Positions 19,215-31,138 of a DNA stretch of 64,000 bases are shown here, one piece after another (the stretch's first letter is position 1; each line of letters opens with the position of its first letter). The position numbers were made by a program, and so were the translations under genes. The notes under the pieces are model-generated. The model did not search any database, was not told the DNA's origin, and saw nothing but the letters and a program-made list of their open reading frames with translations. The DNA comes from Clostridium sp. GTDB taxonomy: Bacteria; Bacillota; Clostridia; Clostridiales; Clostridiaceae. Location: contig NZ_JAPFDR010000010.1 in NCBI RefSeq assembly GCF_026168755.1, forward strand, positions 17,487 through 81,486, in the 5' to 3' direction.

Positions 19215-20446
19215 CTATAATAGTGCAAAAATACTTGAATAATTTTACAACTGAATAAAATAAAAAACATTTATTATAAATCCTTGCTATAATTGAGTTT
19301 GCACACAACAATAACAGCAAGGAGCTATACATAAATGTTTCATAACACAATTATATCAAATGAATTATCATTACACAAATTTTTTAAACAATTAAATTTT
19401 GATTTATATCTAACTAAACCACAGTTAAACCACTTAGAAAGCATTATAGATGCAATGATATCAAAAGGTTTTAATGGTAAAGTTTCCGACATAGCGGAGC
19501 TTGCACCAGCAAGGCATCGAACTAGCATTACTAGATTTCTTTCAAATAGTTCTTGGGATGAAAAACTTTTAGAAAGAGCTTTAAAGGCGTATATAGTAGA
19601 ACTTATTTGGGCTAGAGCTAGAGAAACTAAGCAACCAATATATTTTATTATTGATGATACTATTTCAGAGAAAACAAAGCCCTCGTCAAAGGCTATAAAT
19701 CCAATTGAAAAGTGTTCATTTCATAATTCACATTTAAAAAGTAAAAATGTATATGGTCATCAAATATTAGTTTCTTTACTATCGTGTGACTGTTTAGTTC
19801 TCCCATATTCAATTAATATTTATGATAAAGAGTCTATGAGTAAAATAAAATTAACTCAAAAATTAATTGCAACACTTCCTAAACCAGAAGATAAAGGATT
19901 TGTTTTATGCGATAGTTGGTATAGTTGTAAAGATATTTTTAATGCTTCTGAAAAAGCTGGCTACAATTATATTGGTGATTTGAAGGATAGAAATAACATT
20001 TCTATTATTTTAAGTTATCCTAAAGATGCTTTTCAAAAAGATAAAGCATTGAAAGCTTTTATTTCCTTAGATAACTCATTAACGTCGTTAGAAATTTTAA
20101 CTCAATATACTGACCGTTGGGCAATTGAACCATTCTTCAGAGATTGTAAAACTTACTTAGGACTAGATGGATATCAAGTAAGAAGTGAAAAAAGTATTAC
20201 TAGATATTTAACAATAATGTTAGTAAACTATACTTATTGCAAAATATATGCTAATGATTCATATCACTTTAATACTGGATATAAAATAGCTAAGAAAGAT
20301 TTAGAAAAATCTAAAGTTATATATATTTACGAAGCTGCCGTAAGCGGTACGCCGATAGAAGCAATTTTTGAGTCATTAAGAATTGCTTAAGAATCTGTTT
20401 TTTTATTCAACTGTAAAATTATTCAAGCAAAACTGCACTATTATAG
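19215..20446 (+). mobile_element. IS701/IS4-like insertion sequence with about 47-bp imperfect terminal inverted repeats
   Basis: Left ctataatagtgca...cttgaataattttaca..tgaataaaa matches the reverse complement of 20400-20446. Confidence 0.75.
19335..20390 (+). CDS. DDE transposase (IS701-like), probably internally deleted
   Basis: IIDDT, CDSWYS, RWAIEPFFRDCKTYLGL; abrupt join at IGDLK/DRNN suggests a missing insertion domain. Confidence 0.75.
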   Translation: MFHNTIISNELSLHKFFKQLNFDLYLTKPQLNHLESIIDAMISKGFNGKVSDIAELAPARHRTSITRFLSNSSWDEKLLERALKAYIVELIWARARETKQPIYFIIDDTISEKTKPSSKAINPIEKCSFHNSHLKSKNVYGHQILVSLLSCDCLVLPYSINIYDKESMSKIKLTQKLIATLPKPEDKGFVLCDSWYSCKDIFNASEKAGYNYIGDLKDRNNISIILSYPKDAFQKDKALKAFISLDNSLTSLEILTQYTDRWAIEPFFRDCKTYLGLDGYQVRSEKSITRYLTIMLVNYTYCKIYANDSYHFNTGYKIAKKDLEKSKVIYIYEAAVSGTPIEAIFESLRIA

Positions 20447-20699
20447 CTAATAAATTTTTTAAACATTTTTCCCCTTTTAATTTAAAAATTTTTTAATATT
20501 CGAAGTAAAAATAAAATTAAAATAAAACTAAAAACAATTAATAAAATTATTATAAAACTTAGAAATGAATAATTTTTTAATTTTATAATACCTAATAAAC
20601 AAATAAAAAGAACAACTAAACCATAAATAGATATTGGTAAAGAAATTTTATTTCTAATATTAATTAAAATAGTTAAATTTGATATTAAAACAAAAATAC

Positions 20700-20960
20700 C
20701 TAAATATAATAACTAAAAGAAATAACATCCCATAAAACAATATAACTAAATCCCTTAGCTCTTAGGTCTTTTATCTCCTGAACTTGTTCATCAGTAAGTT
20801 GTCTTTTCTTAATTTGTAAGTCTATCTTACTCCCTAAATCCTTAATTTTATCTTCAAGCTCTTTTATGTATTTTGTATATTCATTTTTTAATTTTTGAAT
20901 CTCATTTCTGTGTTCTTCATTTAAATCTTTCATTTTCTCTAATTACCTGAATATAACTCA
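20700..20960 (-). pseudogene. Coiled-coil plus Hin-type HTH protein remnant
   Basis: KRQLTDEQVQEIKDLRAKGFSY then divergence; the RBS-bearing ATG near 20960 is out of frame with the called ORF. Confidence 0.45.
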
Positions 20961-21275
20961 TATTTATACCTCATTATATTTGCTATATATCTAATATAAT
21001 ATTTTTGTCTATAAAAAGAATAGGTTAACTACTAATTAACCTATTCAGTCTAATTATTTCATTCGTTTCCTTTTATATTTGTCATGTATTACATATGTCA
21101 TACATGAGTTTTTGATGTATTTTTCTAATGAAATCAACTTATTTTACTATTTGATTTTTATAATTTCGATAAATTATATTTTTGCGAAGAAATAAAAATT
21201 TACGATTTTAAGCCATTTGTAATATATAAAAAAATTAAAAAATAATAGTTTTTAGTTTACTATAAATAAACTTAT

Positions 21276-21323
21276 AAAAAAAGGTACTATTTCGTAACTA
21301 GACTTGCGAAATAGTACCTTTTT
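21276..21323. terminator. Strong inverted repeat (bidirectional terminator or cruciform)
   Basis: aaaaggtactatttcg / cgaaatagtacctttt, 16-bp perfect arms. Confidence 0.55.
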
Positions 21324-21797
21324 ACTCTTACATTTAAGGCATATGCCCTAAAATTAATCACCCAAGCTTTTCGACAATCATAGCCTCAGCATATGTCTTT
21401 TCAGTAGCAGTTGCTTGGTTGCTACACTCTTTTTAAACTGCCATTGAGTAAGAGCAGTACCCATTTGTTACTCGCTATCGGGTTAGAGACCAATAAATCT
21501 ATGTTTTATTATATCATAAAAAAAATTTCTAAATAAACTTTTTTTCTTGGATCTTTGGTTCTCCAATTTTAAGAGAAATAAGTATATTGCAATAGTCAGA
21601 AAGGTATATTTATGCAAATAAATAGAACAGGTACTACGTCCCCTATAATACAAGCTGAAAAAAATGGGGGTATATTATTTTTTACTTGCAAATTGAACTT
21701 TTTAAACAAATAGTGTATAATCACTTTTGAAGAAATGAATATAAAAAAATGAGCTAATTATATTAGCCCATTCTTTTTTAAATACGAAATGTGTCTT

Positions 21798-22232
21798 TCA
21801 AATGTTGTGGTACTGTGAATACCTAACATTATCATTATTTCTTCTCTTGTATTCCTTTTTAGAAATAATTGTAGTCATATAAGTTTCTTCAAGCTCTGGT
21901 AGATATTCATTTTGAATTTCTCTTAAATCATAAATATAATCATACTGCTCTATAACCTTAACAATTGTCTTAGATTTAGAATTAATACTTCCTGGTACTC
22001 TTAATACCCTCGTAGGGTCTAAAGCTTGTCTATCAGCTCCAAACGGCTTTAAAACACTATATAAATATTCTTCTATAGCTTTCCATAATGATAATGCCTT
22101 ACTTGGTACTGAATTTAAAAGCCATATTAAATAAAGTCCTCTCCCACTATCTATGATTAAATTAGGTCTTGGTATTTTTTTATTAAAATAATATGCTTCA
22201 AGGTGAATTATTATTTGCTCCTTAGTGAATTT
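21798..22232 (-). pseudogene. Plasmid-type replication initiator fragment (pIP404/pAMbeta1-like Rep)
   Basis: Startless frame: KFTKEQII...PNLIIDSGRGLYLIW...ALDPTRVLRVPGSINSKS...YDLREIQNEYLPEL. Confidence 0.65.
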
Positions 22233-22479
22233 ATAAATAGAATTAACATATATAGATTATGAGCCGGGTTTAAGGGCAGAGCCTTTTTATATTAAAATAG
22301 CTTGATGTAATCAAGATTTCCTTAGCTGCCGCAGGCTATAAATTCAAATCTTAATAATTAATTCGTTTATTCATGTATAGAAAAATTTAATTTGCAATAT
22401 TGAATATAGATAAAAGTATGAGAATGATTTCTGGATTAGAGATAAATGAATTAAGGATTAAGGTTTCCTTTTTAAAAAT

Positions 22480-22520
22480 AAATCCTCTCTTTTGCAGCTT
22501 AACTGCATATGAGAGGATTT
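22480..22520 (-). terminator. Terminator after the Fic-like gene
   Basis: aaatcctctc / gagaggattt with inner tgcag/ctgca. Confidence 0.65.
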
Positions 22521-22531
22521 ATTTTAACACC

Positions 22532-23278
22532 TTAGATTAATTCATTATATTTTTTATAATTAAATCCATCGAAAAACGTTATACATTTTTCTAATATAAA
22601 CTTTATTACTTCATCAGCTTCTAAAGTTTCATAAAAATCTAGCATTAATTTATTATACTCAACCTTATATCTAGCTGGTATAGAAAGTACTCCTATATCA
22701 TTTGATAACAGGATAAGGTTTGATGAAAGTCTAGCTGTTCTCTTATTTCCATCATAAAAGAACTGACAGTAAGATAACCATAGATTAAGTATAATAGCTT
22801 TTTCAAGTAAATTATCTATAGAATTTATTTTATCTATATCAGCTTTAAATACTTCCTCTAAATCCTCATAATTAATGCACTTATATTCAACAGTACCTGC
22901 AATTCCAATGTTACCCTTTCTAAAGTCACCTACTATTAATGCCTCATCTTTAGCAACTTTACTATGAATATCACAAATAACTTCTTTGTTTAACTCTAAA
23001 GAATTTGTTCTACTCAAATTAACAACATAATCCCATGATGACTTTATATTTAGTATTTGATTTTGATCACTTAACTTATGGCCACCAACAGTAATGCCAT
23101 CAAGTAATGTTTGTACCTCTGGGAAAGTAAATGGATTATTTTCCAAATTTCCCATATCATAAACAAACTCACTAATCATCTGCTTAACATAAGTTAAAAT
23201 ATATCTTTTATCTCCATGTGGTAATTCCTCTTTAAATTTATATCTATATCTAGGAATAAATGTATCCATAGCCAACAC
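22532..23278 (-). CDS. Fic/Doc-family protein with a non-canonical motif
   Basis: NPFTFPEVQTLLDGITVGG; motif CQFFYDGNKRTAR. Confidence 0.8.
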   Translation of the reverse strand: MLAMDTFIPRYRYKFKEELPHGDKRYILTYVKQMISEFVYDMGNLENNPFTFPEVQTLLDGITVGGHKLSDQNQILNIKSSWDYVVNLSRTNSLELNKEVICDIHSKVAKDEALIVGDFRKGNIGIAGTVEYKCINYEDLEEVFKADIDKINSIDNLLEKAIILNLWLSYCQFFYDGNKRTARLSSNLILLSNDIGVLSIPARYKVEYNKLMLDFYETLEADEVIKFILEKCITFFDGFNYKKYNELI

Positions 23279-23407
23279 CTCAAATAAATATTTATTATTT
23301 TTCTCTTACTATTATACACCAAGATTATTCTAGCTTAAACAAAAATTGAATTATTGTTAAGCTGAAATTTCATAGCTAGTATTTATATTGTGACATTCCT
23401 CTCAAGG

Positions 23408-23644
23408 TTATAGTGTAAAGCTACTAACAACCTTAGTTATCTTTTTAATATAATCATCTGCCAGCCCATCAATTCCATCACAAATAAACTTTAAGCTACA
23501 GGTCTCACAGTTCTTAATTATATTTTGATCTATAAGTGAACACTTAAACTCATCATTATATGTTGAATTTCTAATTGCTAAAGCAATACTTAATCTATCA
23601 TAAACTTCTCCCTCTTCAGTAATTTTAATTCTATTAGATATCAT
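23408..23644 (-). CDS. Hypothetical 78-aa Cys-containing protein
   Basis: GGGGTGTGG RBS before the ATG; CETC motif. Confidence 0.55.
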   Translation of the reverse strand: MISNRIKITEEGEVYDRLSIALAIRNSTYNDEFKCSLIDQNIIKNCETCSLKFICDGIDGLADDYIKKITKVVSSFTL

Positions 23645-23848
23645 AATACCACACCCCTTAAATTTTTCTCATTAAAAGAATGTGAAGAAATAGGTTTTGA
23701 AGCACCTGATAAAATAAAAGGTAACTTAGTTCAAGGTTTTTCATTTACAAGTGAGCCAATAAATTTTGCACCTATACCTCAATCTACAATAGAAAAAACT
23801 AAAGTAGAAAAGCAAAAAACTAAAAAGAATAATACAGATATTTTAGAT

Positions 23849-24052
23849 ATGAGAAAACTATCAATAGTAAATGGACTTACCCCTCCAATAGATGGAGAAA
23901 AGCTAGAATATAAAAGATGCTATATGCTAAGATTCTCAACCCTAAAGAGGCTAGAACAAATCAAAGCCATGCATCCAGATATAGTTTATGTCAGCTCTAT
24001 AGTAGATATGGCAATCAATCATTACTTCTACTGTCTATGTGATAACGAATAA
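23849..24052 (+). CDS. Hypothetical protein (possibly a C-terminal remnant)
   Basis: 67-aa ORF followed by a hairpin at 24049-24078; no clear RBS. Confidence 0.4.
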   Translation: MRKLSIVNGLTPPIDGEKLEYKRCYMLRFSTLKRLEQIKAMHPDIVYVSSIVDMAINHYFYCLCDNE

Positions 24053-24146
24053 ATCAGTATAAAAACTTACTGATTTATTTTTTTATAAGTAAATATACTA
24101 TCTACTTCCCTCTTCAAAACCATATATATTATTTGGAGGTGATATT

Positions 24147-24334
24147 ATGGAACATTTAGATCTTATATCATTAATAGGCAATACTGGCTTCCCAATAGCT
24201 ATTACAGCCTATCTATTGATTAGACTAGAAAAGCAACTTACTTCACACTATCAAATAGTATAAATACATTAAATACTATTGTTTCAGTAAAATTAGGTGC
24301 TGTTGTAAAAGATGAAAAAGACAAAGCAGCATAA
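24147..24334 (+). pseudogene. YvrJ-family small membrane protein, frameshifted
   Basis: GGAGGTG RBS; MEHLDLISLIGNTGFPIAITAYLLIRLEKQL, then a shift to ...SNSINTLNTIVSVKLGAVVKDEKDKAA*. Confidence 0.7.
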
Positions 24335-24452
24335 TATAAAAAAATCTGATAGGCCAAAAGTTTATCATATTTTTTATATTTTATTATTAACTTTTGATTT
24401 CTTCTTTTTAAACCATATATATTAAATACCAAGCTACAAGGAGGTGAATAAC

Positions 24453-24680
24453 ATGGCAATTTCAAAAGAATTAATGACAAATACTTTAAGTATTGAAGTA
24501 CAAAGCGGTGTTGATAAAGATGGTAATCCATCATACAAGAAAAAGAATTTTTCAGGTATTAACGGAGATGCTACACCAGAAGCTCTAGCAACCGTTGCAG
24601 ATGCAATTAAATTAGTGTTAGCTAATGAAACTAGATATACCTTAGTTAATGAAATATCTGCACTAGAAGATAACGCTTAG
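24453..24680 (+). CDS. DUF1659-family protein
   Basis: GGAGGTG RBS favours the ATG at 24453; GVDKDGNPSYKKKNFSGI...ALATVADAI. Confidence 0.75.
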   Translation: MAISKELMTNTLSIEVQSGVDKDGNPSYKKKNFSGINGDATPEALATVADAIKLVLANETRYTLVNEISALEDNA

Positions 24681-24718
24681 CTTTATTAATTTAAATATTA
24701 TAGAAAGGGGGAGAAACC

Positions 24719-24937
24719 TTGGAATACTCATTACAAATGGTCTTTCTATGTGAGAGTGGTGAAAAAAGTTCAATTACAATATCTGAAGTAAAATCTGGAC
24801 TTACAAACACAGATGTAATAGCCCTAATGGACACCATTATCGCAAGTAATATCTTTGAAACAAGTAAAGGTGCATTAATTAGTAAATATAGCGCTCAAGT
24901 TGTACAAAGAGAAGTTACAAAATGGGATCTTAACTAG
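24719..24937 (+). CDS. DUF2922-family protein
   Basis: LQMVFLCESGEKSSITI...MDTIIASNIF...SAQVVQREVT; follows DUF1659 as in the usual pair. Confidence 0.75.
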   Translation: MEYSLQMVFLCESGEKSSITISEVKSGLTNTDVIALMDTIIASNIFETSKGALISKYSAQVVQREVTKWDLN

Positions 24938-24940
24938 TTT

Positions 24941-24973
24941 AAAGGCATTGGATTTCGAATCCAATGCCCTTTT
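24941..24973 (+). terminator. Terminator after DUF2922
   Basis: ggcattggatt / aatccaatgcc 11-bp stem plus T-tract. Confidence 0.75.
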
Positions 24974-25100
24974 GGTAACTAGTACTATATTTGTATCATT
25001 AAGTTATTAATGTTATATACTCTATAGTAAATATTAATAAAAATAAATTATACAATATAATCCAAAAACTCATTTGCGATTTCACATCTAATTTTTATTA

Positions 25101-28100
25101 TTATAACTTAATAGTAAATCTCTTTGCTTCTCTACTAAAAAGCTTACATATCGCATCATACACAACTCTTTTAACTTTGACTTCTGATCCTATTATATAA
25201 GGAACTCTATAGCTTCCAGTATCAACATCATCAAAACAAACTTCCCACTTAGAGTACTTCACCACGGTCTCCCCTGTTCTATCTATGCCAATTATCCCTT
25301 CACCATTATCTGTAATCTTAATTCCGAGAACATCCAAAATTTCTCCCCTAATACTTAGATAATCATATGGTCTAAATGTTAAATAAATATCCTCATTAAT
25401 CTTAAGATTAGAAGCAACTAATAGTGAATTTCTTTTAAGATAATCTGGTTTAATAAACTCATTATTTTCATCATATAGCCTATACTCTTTTTTAAGTTTC
25501 ATTAAAGGAACAACATCCTCTTTATCTGTGAATACTACACCAGAAATTACTATTGTTGAATCTATATTCTCTATTAAATTATTCTTATACTTTTCTCTTT
25601 TATTATAACAACGTTCATAGTAAGCTAATGAAATCCATTCTTCAGAATACACATCAGTTATTGAGTCAGTAACTTCTTCAGGCATATTAATATCCAATGG
25701 ACGAGGAATAATTGAGTTGCAATTGGCAATTAAATACTCTATATCATCAATCAATATTTCATTCATTTTTTCTTCTATTTCACTTAAAAATGGTAATTCT
25801 ACAAATCCATTGAGGAATGCTTCTACTTCACGACTCATATGCTTCATTAATATATCATAAAAATAAACATTTGGTACAAGTACACTATATGATCTATCAT
25901 ATATTATATCTTGTAGATTTTCTCGTGTAGACTTATCGTTTATTTCACGAAAATAATTCTTAGCAATATTCCCAATATCAACACCGCTATCCTTTAGTAA
26001 AGCAACCCTATTATCTGTCTCAGTTAAGATTTCTATAAAATAATTAATACTGTCATCTCCACCATCATATGAGTGAACATACTTTTCGTAATTTCTTTCA
26101 TCTTTCAGCCCAGTAATGTTCCTAATCAAGTAGTTTACAATCCCATTATCAGTTGGATAAATACTTAGTAAATCATTAATTAAATTGTTTTTACGTAACT
26201 CTTCTTCAGTAAACCACTTTCTAATAAGCCACAATAAAATAATTAGTGAGTAGTCAATGAATCTATCCTTCTTTTCAATATAACGCTTGAAAGGTTTTAT
26301 GAAACATATACGATACTCTGGCTGCTCTAACATTTTGTTAAGCGAAGATATAATCCATCTATAACGATTTGCTTCACCATATTTTAAACGAGTAAGTAAT
26401 AGAAACATTGCTTTTTCTATAGAAGAGAACTCTTTAGACTTTTCAACTATTTCCTTATAATTATAATCATATTGTCCTGATAGTCTAAAATTAATTATCT
26501 CAAACAATGACTCCCAATAATGAAGAATTAATTCACCATCATATCCAACCGCTGTTAACGCATTTATTATTTTATCACCTACTGCCAAATTATAGTCAAC
26601 CCGATAAAGATTATTATAAAAATATTCAAAAAAATACTCCTCTGCAACTTCTCTATTATATTCTACTGCTTTAATATAATATCCTGTTTCAGTTAACCTC
26701 TGATACCACCCATCTTTATGATTCAAAAACATCGCTATGTAAATATACGCCATAACTTCTGAATTTAAATCTAAAGCATCAATAACTTTTAGTATTCTTT
26801 CTCTACTTTCATCATCGCTCCTTCTATCATATGTGTGCTTTATTAGGTTGTTGATAAACATTTTTGAGTCATCACTCAACTCACTAATTGACTGCAAGTA
26901 TATATACAATCCTTGAATATCACTTTCATTTATTCCAAAATCAACAATATACTCAAGTATTTCCTCAAAAGACATTACATCAAAACTTAAACGACTCACA
27001 TGTTTATCATAACTAAACTTCTTTCCTCTACCTATATCATATGTTCTATTTGAACTACAATTTAATATAATTTCAGAATTAAATTCTACGTTCAGTTGCT
27101 CACACAATCCTTTTATTTTCTCATAATCATCTTCATAGATTCCTTTCGGATATCTATTTATCAATTCTCTCATAGAAACTCTAGCTAATTCCTTTTGAGA
27201 ATTATTACTTAAAACTCGTATGTTGTTTAAATAACTACTAATAGTGCTAGGACTAATTTCATTAGGTCTCGTTTTAAAAAGAGAATTTTCTATAATAGGA
27301 TCTACTTCACTATTCATACTCTCTAAAAGATTATCTAAACTTTCTTCTAATGCCCAATAATTTGATGAATCCAATAGCTCATAACTCAGATATGTCATAG
27401 CAATATCTCTGTTAGTTCTAGCCAAAACCTCGAACCACTCTTTTGGATAAGTTTGTGTACTTCTGCCATCAGTATGATATACAACGGCATCGGCTAATGG
27501 CTTTAGTCTTAATATATTCTGAATACCAGTTTCCTCATCAATTTTATAAATACTCTCGACACTATCTATCAGTCGACTTAGTGTACGATCCTTTCTAAAT
27601 GAATAAGACAATAGATACTCTACACCTCTTCGAAATTCAACTTTTGCTTTGTCTAACCGACCACCCTTTGAAAGGATAATTGCATGTTTAAAACTATAAT
27701 CAGCCAAATATGAATAAAATCTTCGTTTATCCTCATCGCCTATTTTTTCTTCAAATATTTCTGTTAAAACTGTACAATTTATATCATTTGCTATTACTAA
27801 GAATAACTCGAAAAGTTTGTACGTAGGTAGTGGACCGCAAGTAGCCCCCATTAGCGTAGACATAGTTTTACTTGACATCTCAGCAATCAAACCAAGTATT
27901 GTACGCCATGTAGATTCAGTTGATACTAGTTCAAGTGGTGATACTATTGATTCAAATATAATTGTCTTATAATTGTACAAATCACAAGTACGCGGTTTAC
28001 CCTTAAAGCATTCCATGTCCTTTGTTAACCATAAATATGCTTCTATTAGTTTTGACTCATCAATAGACTTATTTTCTTTTGCTTCAACAATTACTTTACT

Positions 28101-30869
28101 CACTTTAAATACATATATTAACCAATTATAATACCAATTTCTATTTTCAGCACACTTAATAAAATCATTTAATTTATTTGAATGGTTTGTAATAATCCAT
28201 TCAATGTTACTAATATAGTAATTTAGCGCAATTAAAGTGTCATTAGAGTATGAATCTGAGTCCAATAATATCTCAAGAGCAGTATCAAGATATTGTTCAT
28301 CAATTATATACTTACCCTCGAATACATCTATACTTTCTACCCAATGTTCTTGTTCCTCAAGTTGGTTTACCAGTGCTTTTAATTCTTCAATTAATCCTCT
28401 CCTTGAATATTCAGTTATTATCACCGTCCTCTTATCATATGCGTCTTTAACTGCAACTTTTTCAATCTTATCAATCATATTTCGGCCAGTATCTAAACAT
28501 GCACAAATAAAATATCTATACTCTTCTAATTGCTCATCATGACTCTTTCGCACTACTTGATTAGATTTCTTTGATTCTATGAGTAACCTTATATACTCGT
28601 CCCATTCAGGAATTACATTATTTTCAGAGCAGAGATAACAGACTTTTAATCCTTCACTGCAACTTAGTGCATTTCGTCCTTCGTAAACTAAAATATTTTC
28701 AAGTTTTTCGAACCCATTAATAAGACCTAATCCAAGATAATAATACTGAGAAACCTCATCAAATGAATATTCTAGACTGTAAATCATATTACTCAATTCA
28801 GTACATATGATTACAGCGCCATAATTTTTAGCTTTACAAGATGCCTTCATTAAAATCTCAAAATTGCTTTTTATAAAATTAATGTTATTACCATAAAAAA
28901 CGCTGTCAACAACAAATTCCTTATTGCAATATTCTAAAATTTCTTCATAGCGTTTAGCTTCAAAAAGAAGTCCAAGTAAATTTAGATACGACTTTCTATC
29001 TTCATAGAATCCCTTTTTTTTCAACCAGTCTATCAAGTATGAATAAATGGCTTTATCTACACTAACTTCATTTTCTTCTAGTAATTCAAGAACATATCTT
29101 CTAAAACTTTCATGATAAATTTTATAACATCCAGAGCAACTACTATAAGATAATATACTTCTAATAGCCTCTAAACTTTTAGAAACATATACACCTAAAG
29201 AAGTAATCTCCTTAAGTTCAGATTCTGTTAATGGAAATGGAGAACCTGCCAATATTTGTGGCACCTTTTGACTTTCAGAGAGTTTTGTCATTAAAAATGA
29301 ATAGTAATTTTCCAAATTGATATTATAAGCTGGGAATCCTTCAATCAATTCTCTTGTTATCATAACATGAGTATATTTAGATAATTCGTTTACTAAATAC
29401 GTTAAATATAATGGATTCCCTTAACTTTTTTCAATCAATAAGTCTGATAACATACAGTGAAAATCCAGCTCAACGTCTGTTAAGCTATTATTTGTAATAA
29501 ATTCTTTTACTTCACCAATGTCCCAAGGTTTCACTGAAAACTCCTTAAAGTTATGATTGCACAAATTAATAACCTCAGTAATTGGCTGTGAGGCTAAAAT
29601 AACTTTTACGTTGTCAGGAAACATCAGCCGTGATATTACTTCCACAATTTCAGTCTCAATTTGTTTCATTGTTTCTTTATGAAAACTATATATTCTACCA
29701 ATATGATCTAATCCATCTACAATTAATACTACTTCTTCTTTTATATTATTAATTAAAACTTGCAATTCATCAAAATCCACCCCATATTTCGAAATCTTAT
29801 ATGACTCTAAGTGTGGAAATGCCTCAATAATGGCATTTATTAAATTCGCTAAGAATACATTTATAGTTATTCTTTCTTTTTCATATAGATCATCTATTCC
29901 CGTATAACAATAATGCTGAATAACTTTAATTCCTTGTTCATCGAGAAAGCTTATAAAGTTTTGAATGAACCAAGACTTTCCTGAACCTGGTTCACCAAGT
30001 AGACATACTTTATTGTTTGTAAATACAAAATCCTTAAATTCATGATATCTTGTTGAATTTAGTACATTAATAGATCTATCAATCTTAAAACTCTGCTCAA
30101 TGTTTCCGTAACTTTTCTTCAGACCTAAGTCAAAAATCAATTTATTTAGTTCAATAACTTCACCTCTTGCACGTAGTCCTTTAATGATATATATCAAGTG
30201 CATGGAAACATCAACTACTGATTTCTTATCATTTGGAAATTTCCCAATACCAAAGAGCCTTAGGCTATTTATAACCAAATTCTCTAAGTCACCAGGATTA
30301 GTAAAATCTGTACTTGATTTTGGAAGATTCACTTCAATAGTTAAATCATTAATAAATTTCTGAAATTCATCTCTATTAATATCCGTGGACTTCCCTCTTA
30401 ATCGTCTCCATGATGAAATAGGAATTCCATCTGAAGGCCATATACTTTCAAGATTAATTTTTAACACTTTAACATCATTACTTTTATACAAATTAGTTAC
30501 ATCTTGCTCTACTAAAAAATCAATGTCTTGAGAATCCATAAGCAACTCCCATGCCAAACAAATCCTGATATCAATATTCTTGTCTTTCGGTAATTCTTGC
30601 CATGATCTAAATAATGTATCTAGTGCTAAATCGTATTTTTCAGAAGACAAATCTGCTTTTTCAAATATTTTATTATCACTATACTTAATCTGTTTCTTCA
30701 TTATTGAATCACTTGTAATAATAGTAATATCATCAAACTTATCATTTTCAGATTCTTTTTGATCAATCTTGAAGATAGCACTGTCATCAGTTAATAACAT
30801 ATTTATAATATGATATGCCGTAAATAAATCTTGGTATTCATATCCTTTATGAGCATCTAATAAACTCAT
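25101..30869 (-). pseudogene. Avs (AVAST)-like nuclease-STAND ATPase-helical sensor, 1922 codons with one in-frame stop
   Basis: N-terminal GYEYQD...DD...KQIK nuclease, Walker A GEPGSGKS, Walker B IVDGLDH; TAA at 29421-29423 in EKS*GNPLYL, then in frame into the 1420-aa ORF. Confidence 0.8.
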
Positions 30870-31138
30870 AATCTAAACCTCCTTCAAGTTTCTATATTTC
30901 TAACTATATAGCATAATCTCAATTTATTTATGATTTGGTTATCTTTTCATTATTCTAAATAATTAAGTTAAATAAAAATTTCTATTTCACTCATAATTTT
31001 AGTAATTTATTTACTATATATCAACATAATTTACCTAACAATTCCAAAAAACCATTTATATTTTATGAGCTCTACATAAAATTCATTATATAAATTAATA
31101 CATATATCATAAAGATAATAGATTTATAATTATATATA

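Noticed and set aside
19123-19350. 75-aa ORF upstream of the transposase
   Set aside because: It spans the IS inverted repeat on the opposite strand and has no coding signature.
21360-21490. Structured ncRNA or riboswitch
   Set aside because: Local hairpins are present (GTAGCA/TGCTAC), but I recognise no family signature; an Rfam/Infernal search would be needed.
25101-29363. Independent 1420-aa gene
   Set aside because: It is the in-frame continuation of 29421-30869 past a single stop next to the conserved GNPL motif.
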